Part shown: piece after piece, positions 59,901 to 64,000 of the stretch | How positions within the stretch are numbered: position 1 is the stretch's first letter | Layout of the letters: every line of letters starts with the position of its first letter | Assembly (NCBI GenBank): GCA_030613025.1 | Contig: JAUWMT010000001.1 | Coordinates: 16,013-80,012 of the forward strand | Length of the DNA: 64,000 nt | Direction: 5' to 3' | Source of the DNA: Candidatus Cloacimonadota bacterium | GTDB lineage: Bacteria > Cloacimonadota > Cloacimonadia > JGIOTU-2 | The notes under the pieces: model-generated | Told to the model about the DNA's origin: nothing | What the model saw: only the letters and a program-made list of their open reading frames with translations | Databases searched by the model: none | Translations under genes and position numbers: made by a program

Positions 59901-61895
59901 GAGATCTTTGACCGCCTGATCGGAGCAAAGTCCATAATTAAATTCATCGTAAATTGCTTCTGTGGAAACGGTTTTGACGATTAATCCTTTTTCATCATAC
60001 CAATGTGCAGCAAAATCATACAAAATGTCCTCTTCGAGAAATTCTCGCTTGGATATCACGATATAATCTGCCTGTTCACCAGGATTTCTGATATTGCTTG
60101 GATAATCCGGAAGCACTTCTTTCGGGATCAGTTTTTGTGAATTACTTACTGCTATATACTTGGTGTTGTTATCCAAAACCTGATCTTGAAATATAAGTAA
60201 ATAAGGAGCGCCCCCTTCAGGTAGTCCGGACTCAATACTCAGATTTTCAAACTTGCTTACTCCAATTTTATATACATCTATATGAGGAACTGTAAATTCA
60301 TTGATCTCGAATTGCATCAAGCCGGGTGAAAAGGAGGTGGGTTTGTTGAATTCCAGCATATCCTCGTGAGCAATACAATCGCGCCAATAATTGATATCAA
60401 TATAATCCAAAAGAATTCGATCGTAGGAGGCTTCGGTATCGCCGGGAAGGGAAATATAAATTTGGTTACTCCCATTATTCAGCCTATCATTGCTCATCGT
60501 GCCGGTCATGACCTTTTCATCCTGCCCGTACCAGTACTCCGAGCCGATCTGTGAAGAATTTATGTATGACAACGCATGATGCTCGCCTGTATTTTCATCA
60601 CTTGCATAGGTTTCGCCAAAGAAACAAATTTTTACGTCAGCGCTTCTCGCATTGCTTTGAAGGGGATTGTAAAGCTTGATCGTAAAATTCGTCATATTTG
60701 GCGCGCTGATCTGCTGCCAGAACCACAGATCTTCCCGAACCTGCGTGACCTGACTCAATTTCGAGTATATACTTTGATTTTCGAAATGGACATTCGTATC
60801 AAAATTATATATTTTTCGATAACTATATGGGTCCGTTTCGTACAAACCGCCATCCTCGATTGCAAGGCGTGTGCCGAGTGTTCCTTCATCATAGCTCAAG
60901 AAATATACATTTTCCCAGGAAAAGGGGTTATAAAAACAGTCCTCTCCATGGTGGATGTCTGCGTAGAATTCAAAATAATCTCCCTCATCAAAGGATTCAT
61001 CGTCCTGACCATAAAAATAAATTGGAACCTGCTCTCCCAGGTTATGAAGCTGCAAATATTTCGGATTGATCTCATCAATTTGAAGAAGTACATCATACTC
61101 GGTTTCGAGAGAATCTATCCAGGTCTGCAAAGTATCCTTGAGAAAATCATAAGTGATCTTGTATATTCCTTCTTCATCGATCATGAACTTGAATTGCGAT
61201 ATTTCCGTCTCGTTCTGCCTTTTGTAAGATGCCGATTCCGGCTCCTTCTCTTTGCGCCAGTACTTTGAGAACTCATCATTGACGATCATCTTATCTGCAA
61301 ATCCATCTAAATAATTCGCACTTCCGCTGTAGCCCTTAGTCTTATCACCCTTAATATGAATTTGAACTACCAGATCGGTATAGAGCTTTGCTGTTTTTTG
61401 TGCGTGGTTATATTGAATCGGAAAAATACGAAATGACCCAAGATACCTATTCCCAATATAGCCAACTGCCTGAGTTTCTACGATATTTTCCGGATAATAA
61501 TCCCTTGTTGGAAAATCAATAACCTGCCGGGAAGGATCAGGAACTAAAATACCTTCATCTTTATATGGATGGTTGATCGGTATAGAAACTCCTGACAGAA
61601 GTATGAATTGCTGTGAAATAATACTCGCACTTACTTTGCCTTCGGTAGGAATTCCAATATTTTCTGAGAGAAAAGGCAGCTCCGGCAAACCCTCTGTATT
61701 TATGAAAAATGTTTCCAAATCGGGCAAAGACAGATTCTGTGTGGTTTTATCTGACGTTTTAGGAATGTGGTACTCGTCGATCTTCAGGTGAACCTGAATA
61801 TAATCTTCGGTAACTTTTTCTATTTCAAAGCTATTTGTTCCCCATAATGAGGACACAAAAAAGCAAAACAGAATTACTGTAAAAACCTTCTTCAT
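56970..61895 (-). CDS. Very large C25 (gingipain-like) cysteine peptidase with a T9SS C-terminal domain, PorU-like
   Basis: The C25 catalytic dyad context is present, with FMGHGGGQVWSD (His) and ISSLTCYTSNF (Cys). The C-terminal CTD reads VKIEIYTVSGRLV...GVYFYKII. The start was set at the Met at 61895 because the signal peptide MKKVFTVILFCFFVSSLWG begins there. The ORF-track start at 62021 would overlap purD. Confidence 0.65.
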   Translation of the reverse strand: MKKVFTVILFCFFVSSLWGTNSFEIEKVTEDYIQVHLKIDEYHIPKTSDKTTQNLSLPDLETFFINTEGLPELPFLSENIGIPTEGKVSASIISQQFILLSGVSIPINHPYKDEGILVPDPSRQVIDFPTRDYYPENIVETQAVGYIGNRYLGSFRIFPIQYNHAQKTAKLYTDLVVQIHIKGDKTKGYSGSANYLDGFADKMIVNDEFSKYWRKEKEPESASYKRQNETEISQFKFMIDEEGIYKITYDFLKDTLQTWIDSLETEYDVLLQIDEINPKYLQLHNLGEQVPIYFYGQDDESFDEGDYFEFYADIHHGEDCFYNPFSWENVYFLSYDEGTLGTRLAIEDGGLYETDPYSYRKIYNFDTNVHFENQSIYSKLSQVTQVREDLWFWQQISAPNMTNFTIKLYNPLQSNARSADVKICFFGETYASDENTGEHHALSYINSSQIGSEYWYGQDEKVMTGTMSNDRLNNGSNQIYISLPGDTEASYDRILLDYIDINYWRDCIAHEDMLEFNKPTSFSPGLMQFEINEFTVPHIDVYKIGVSKFENLSIESGLPEGGAPYLLIFQDQVLDNNTKYIAVSNSQKLIPKEVLPDYPSNIRNPGEQADYIVISKREFLEEDILYDFAAHWYDEKGLIVKTVSTEAIYDEFNYGLCSDQAVKDLISYAYNNWQEPAPQYVLLLGDGCYDERPSSPRKEYSIVPTHMSWSYHVGATVDDNWFVAIVGDDELPDLAIGRIPIWETEQILPVFAKTIQYNTQPNFNDNWRNHLMLIAGGSGVFEDQSQRLNKNYIPKSFRVSRIYAQADHDDPYWGSTTDIQDYIDDGTAFIQFMGHGGGQVWSDLNLMNLGNISTLFNDNYPIISSLTCYTSNFEYPGISCLAEAFVLEAGKGAIGFFGGAGKGFLYKDEYLGAFFLQSIFTYDERNIATICNIAKTEYALKYWDTARLVFLRSFNYMGDPAIDIVLPVQELETTLDSYQFIKGDTVSVFIDNEGSTLNRISYYVTDEEDLIRNPYNPEEFVQVELNNIERESYTPSGYEYVIDTLETSSEFTRIVRTYGYDSYSDYVGYTEFSVGKAAVFHMQSIPEIPAIGDSVFISSKAYDKAGIDSVNCIWWKYNSPQYQYNSPMNKSEGDTLGYITIEPVGVFDTETTIEYYIEVHTSDGGTTISNEVSFEISGPDISIETYNMNFAATGTVFEIELLNIGKLPTPPTKVILKNGSTILDSTTTSAIGALDRGKISFNCTLPPSQYNLTVYANPDTSYLELNYYNNYSTKSFEINTFTVPHNTALVHASLDSNLVASFASGVVDQDAMFYIQPAVLDTTNLLPDIEAIPLLSGTLMSYKIAPFDSSCLAQQETFKKDISLLFNYTIIDIAIQELAKHGNFKLYRYNDNTKCWFMIGGDTNLQDKNVAYAYISKPGVYSLFNNNDTTVPSIDVNVEGQEFTNGGYVDNNAQFSFIIQDKNGINIEKIRIFLNGETVTNYTLSTNTITSIPVKYQIDVDAGSYTLIISATDVNGNYHEKVVNFTVQKEFNIINMGNYPNPISLETTDPNNEGRTRFTYTLTDDADVVKIEIYTVSGRLVNVIKDMRTTVGYHEYPHEFRGWECVDRDGRKLANGVYFYKIIAQKGSKRIEKIKKMAILR

Positions 61896-61911
61896 CGAAG
61901 AACTACTTTTC

Positions 61912-63171
61912 TCATAACCTGCGTATTCCCTTTTGGGCGATGTCAGTTCTGTAATAACTGTTCGTAAAGGATACTTTTTCAACTTCTTTATACACCTTTT
62001 CCTGCGCATCCCGAAGATCATTTCCCAAAGCTGTCAGGGATAACACTCTACCTCCGTTTGTGAGCAATGTATCTTTCTCTTTTTTTACTCCAGCAAAGAA
62101 TACTAATGTATCATCAGAAACCTTATCAAGTCCTTTGATCGGAAATCCTTTTTCATAAGCGCTCGGGTAACCGCCTGAGGCAATGACCACATTCACGGCA
62201 CTCTTATTTTTCCACTTCAAATCAACCTCATTGATGCTTTCATTTAGGATAGCTTCACACACATTAATGAGATCATTGTCAAGAAGTGGAAGAATTACTT
62301 GCGTTTCCGGGTCACCCAAACGGCAGTTAAATTCCAAAACCTGCGGACCTTTTTCTGTAAGCATAACACCTGCATAAAGGATTCCCTTGAAGGTTCGCCG
62401 TTCTTTTCGCATCCCCTTCAAGGTTGGAGCAATGACCTTTTGGTCGATCTGCTTCTTTAGATCTTTTGTGAAAAGTGCAGGCGCGTATGCTCCCATGCCG
62501 CCGGTGTTTGGTCCCTGGTCGCCATTTAGAAGCTGCTTATGATCCTGGGATAAAATCGTAGATACGAAATTTATTCCGTCTGTAAAAGCAAAGAGCGAAG
62601 CTTCTTCACCCCGAAGACATTCTTCGATCACAATCTGTGATCCCGCGTCACCGAAAATTCTGTAGTTTATAATATGATTGAGAATCATTTCTGCTTCTGT
62701 ATAATTATCACATATGAAAACCCCCTTGCCGGCAGCCAGCCCATCAACTTTTATAACAAGCGGGAAATCTTTTTTCAGGATATAGGTCAAGGCAGGTACT
62801 ATCTCATCAAAAATCTGGAAATCTGCAGTTGGGATATGATATTTCTTCATGAATGTTTTTGCAAAAACCTTGCTGCCCTCTATTTCGGCAGCCAGTTTAG
62901 AAGGTCCGATCACTGCGAGGTTTGCTTTCAAGAATTCATCGGCAAGTCCTTCTGCAAGGGGTTGTTCCGGACCGATAATAGTAAACCGGATCCCTTCGGA
63001 TTTTACAAACCTGATAAGTTCTTCTGCATCATGTAGCTGGATGAGTTGGGCAACATTTTCCATGCCGGGATTTCCCGGTGCAACAAAGACCTTTTCGACC
63101 TTTTGACTTTGTGCACATTTCCATGCGATGGCATGCTCTCTGCCGCCGCTTCCTACAATTAAAACCTTCAT
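61912..63171 (-). CDS. purD: Phosphoribosylamine--glycine ligase
   Basis: The N-terminus MKVLIVGSGGREHAIAWK is followed by ATP-grasp blocks. The protein is 419 aa. Confidence 0.9.
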   Translation of the reverse strand: MKVLIVGSGGREHAIAWKCAQSQKVEKVFVAPGNPGMENVAQLIQLHDAEELIRFVKSEGIRFTIIGPEQPLAEGLADEFLKANLAVIGPSKLAAEIEGSKVFAKTFMKKYHIPTADFQIFDEIVPALTYILKKDFPLVIKVDGLAAGKGVFICDNYTEAEMILNHIINYRIFGDAGSQIVIEECLRGEEASLFAFTDGINFVSTILSQDHKQLLNGDQGPNTGGMGAYAPALFTKDLKKQIDQKVIAPTLKGMRKERRTFKGILYAGVMLTEKGPQVLEFNCRLGDPETQVILPLLDNDLINVCEAILNESINEVDLKWKNKSAVNVVIASGGYPSAYEKGFPIKGLDKVSDDTLVFFAGVKKEKDTLLTNGGRVLSLTALGNDLRDAQEKVYKEVEKVSFTNSYYRTDIAQKGIRRL

Positions 63172-63175
63172 TTAA

Positions 63176-64000
63176 TTACAACTTTATCTGCACTCCGAAA
63201 CTGTACGTTGTCTTTGTTTCATCATCGTCAGTTATCTTGCCATCACCGTTTAGGTCAACATAATAAACTTTGTAATCCCAGACAAGAAGGGTTACTGGCG
63301 TGATCTCATAGCCGATCTGGGCTTCAATAACTGCATTCGGGCTTTTCCATGTAGTGAATTTTTCTACCTGTGTTTGTGAATATCGAGCATAAGCATAATC
63401 CAATCCGGGAATAAAGGTCTTTTTCAATCTGACTTCACCAAGTATTGATTTTCCCATGTCATAATCTTTTCCATGAATATCTTCGTATGCAACAGTAATA
63501 TCAATGATGTTAAAGAAATGAGAAACGAGTTGTCCGCGCCATCCCTGAGATTTATTGATGCCCTTTAGTGTACTACGCTTGGTTACAATAGAATCTCCGA
63601 CTACCAAAGCACGCTCGTTATTATAGAGATAGTTAAAGAAGTTCGATTCGAAATCTTCACCAAAGAAACGATAATCCATTGTAGCATCAAAGATGAGAAA
63701 TTTTGCACCAAATCCCGGGAACACAGCACCTGTGCCGTAATCCAGTATCTTGGCTGCTTCTGCATAATGATACAGCTTGAATAGTTTTGTGTTCACAAGC
63801 GGAAGTGTGTAATCAGCACCGATAATTGTGACGCTTTCTTTCTTACCTAATTTATAAACATTCTTAAGATATTCATACAGATTATTCCAGCCCTGATTAA
63901 TATCGATCTCATTATTATTATCTGCATCGAGGTCGATTATACCGCTTCCTGTATCCAGGGAGTCCTCATTCGCAGGATCGGGCCAGCCATCACCATCTGT
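63176..64000 (-). CDS. Hypothetical protein, possibly outer-membrane or secreted. It is 5'-truncated at the window edge.
   Basis: The reading frame stays open upstream of the track's Met as far as position 64000 (…TDGDGWPDPANEDSLDTG…). The C-terminus YSFGVQIKL is beta-strand-like. Confidence 0.4.
   Translation of the reverse strand, partial: TDGDGWPDPANEDSLDTGSGIIDLDADNNNEIDINQGWNNLYEYLKNVYKLGKKESVTIIGADYTLPLVNTKLFKLYHYAEAAKILDYGTGAVFPGFGAKFLIFDATMDYRFFGEDFESNFFNYLYNNERALVVGDSIVTKRSTLKGINKSQGWRGQLVSHFFNIIDITVAYEDIHGKDYDMGKSILGEVRLKKTFIPGLDYAYARYSQTQVEKFTTWKSPNAVIEAQIGYEITPVTLLVWDYKVYYVDLNGDGKITDDDETKTTYSFGVQIKL

Noticed and set aside
61896-62021. Extended N-terminus of the C25-like protein
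   Set aside because: It overlaps the purD 3' end by about 110 nt. A clean signal peptide begins at the Met at 61895.

Overview
This is a native, AT-rich bacterial chromosomal segment with no mobile elements, CRISPR arrays or tRNA genes that I could find. The gene content and the T9SS C-terminal sorting domains point to the FCB superphylum, Cloacimonetes-like. Reading left to right, the window holds the following.

1. A complete F-type ATP synthase operon on the minus strand (1..7950). It carries an extra gene encoding three fused c-subunit hairpins, and the c-subunits have Na+-type ion-site motifs.
2. A bactofilin gene next to an M23 peptidase gene (7956..8997).
3. The oriC-proximal housekeeping set parB-parA-rsmG-mnmG (8994..13047).
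4. A sensory block made of a GAF histidine kinase, a receiver protein, a PAS histidine kinase and a sigma-54 activator (13227..18463). It is followed by a tandem enhancer-like direct repeat and a -24/-12 promoter.
5. A ~17.5 kb type IV pilus-like gene cluster (18789..36304). It contains a pilin-like gene, PilC-, PilB- and PilT-like genes, a PilM/N-like gene fused to TPR and SPOR domains, a PilO-like gene, a short secretin and several non-canonical pilin-like proteins. An orphan HisKA membrane protein and a receiver-cNMP protein are embedded in it.
6. Two T9SS cargo proteins that share a domain, and a hybrid histidine kinase (36341..42174).
7. Housekeeping genes: mnmE, dxs, engB, queD, tldD, pmbA, a C-N hydrolase, and rpmH-rnpA-yidD-yidC.
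8. A long-form SRP RNA (52630..52897).
9. A radical SAM protein, a membrane protein and a LOG-like protein (52961..55536).
10. A PorU-like C25 peptidase of about 1641 aa with a PorV/PorP-like outer-membrane barrel gene downstream (55960..61895).
11. purD and a partial hypothetical gene (61912..64000).

Several ORF-track starts were moved to downstream starts that have a ribosome-binding site or a signal peptide. All family assignments come from motifs read directly in the translations. No database search was run.
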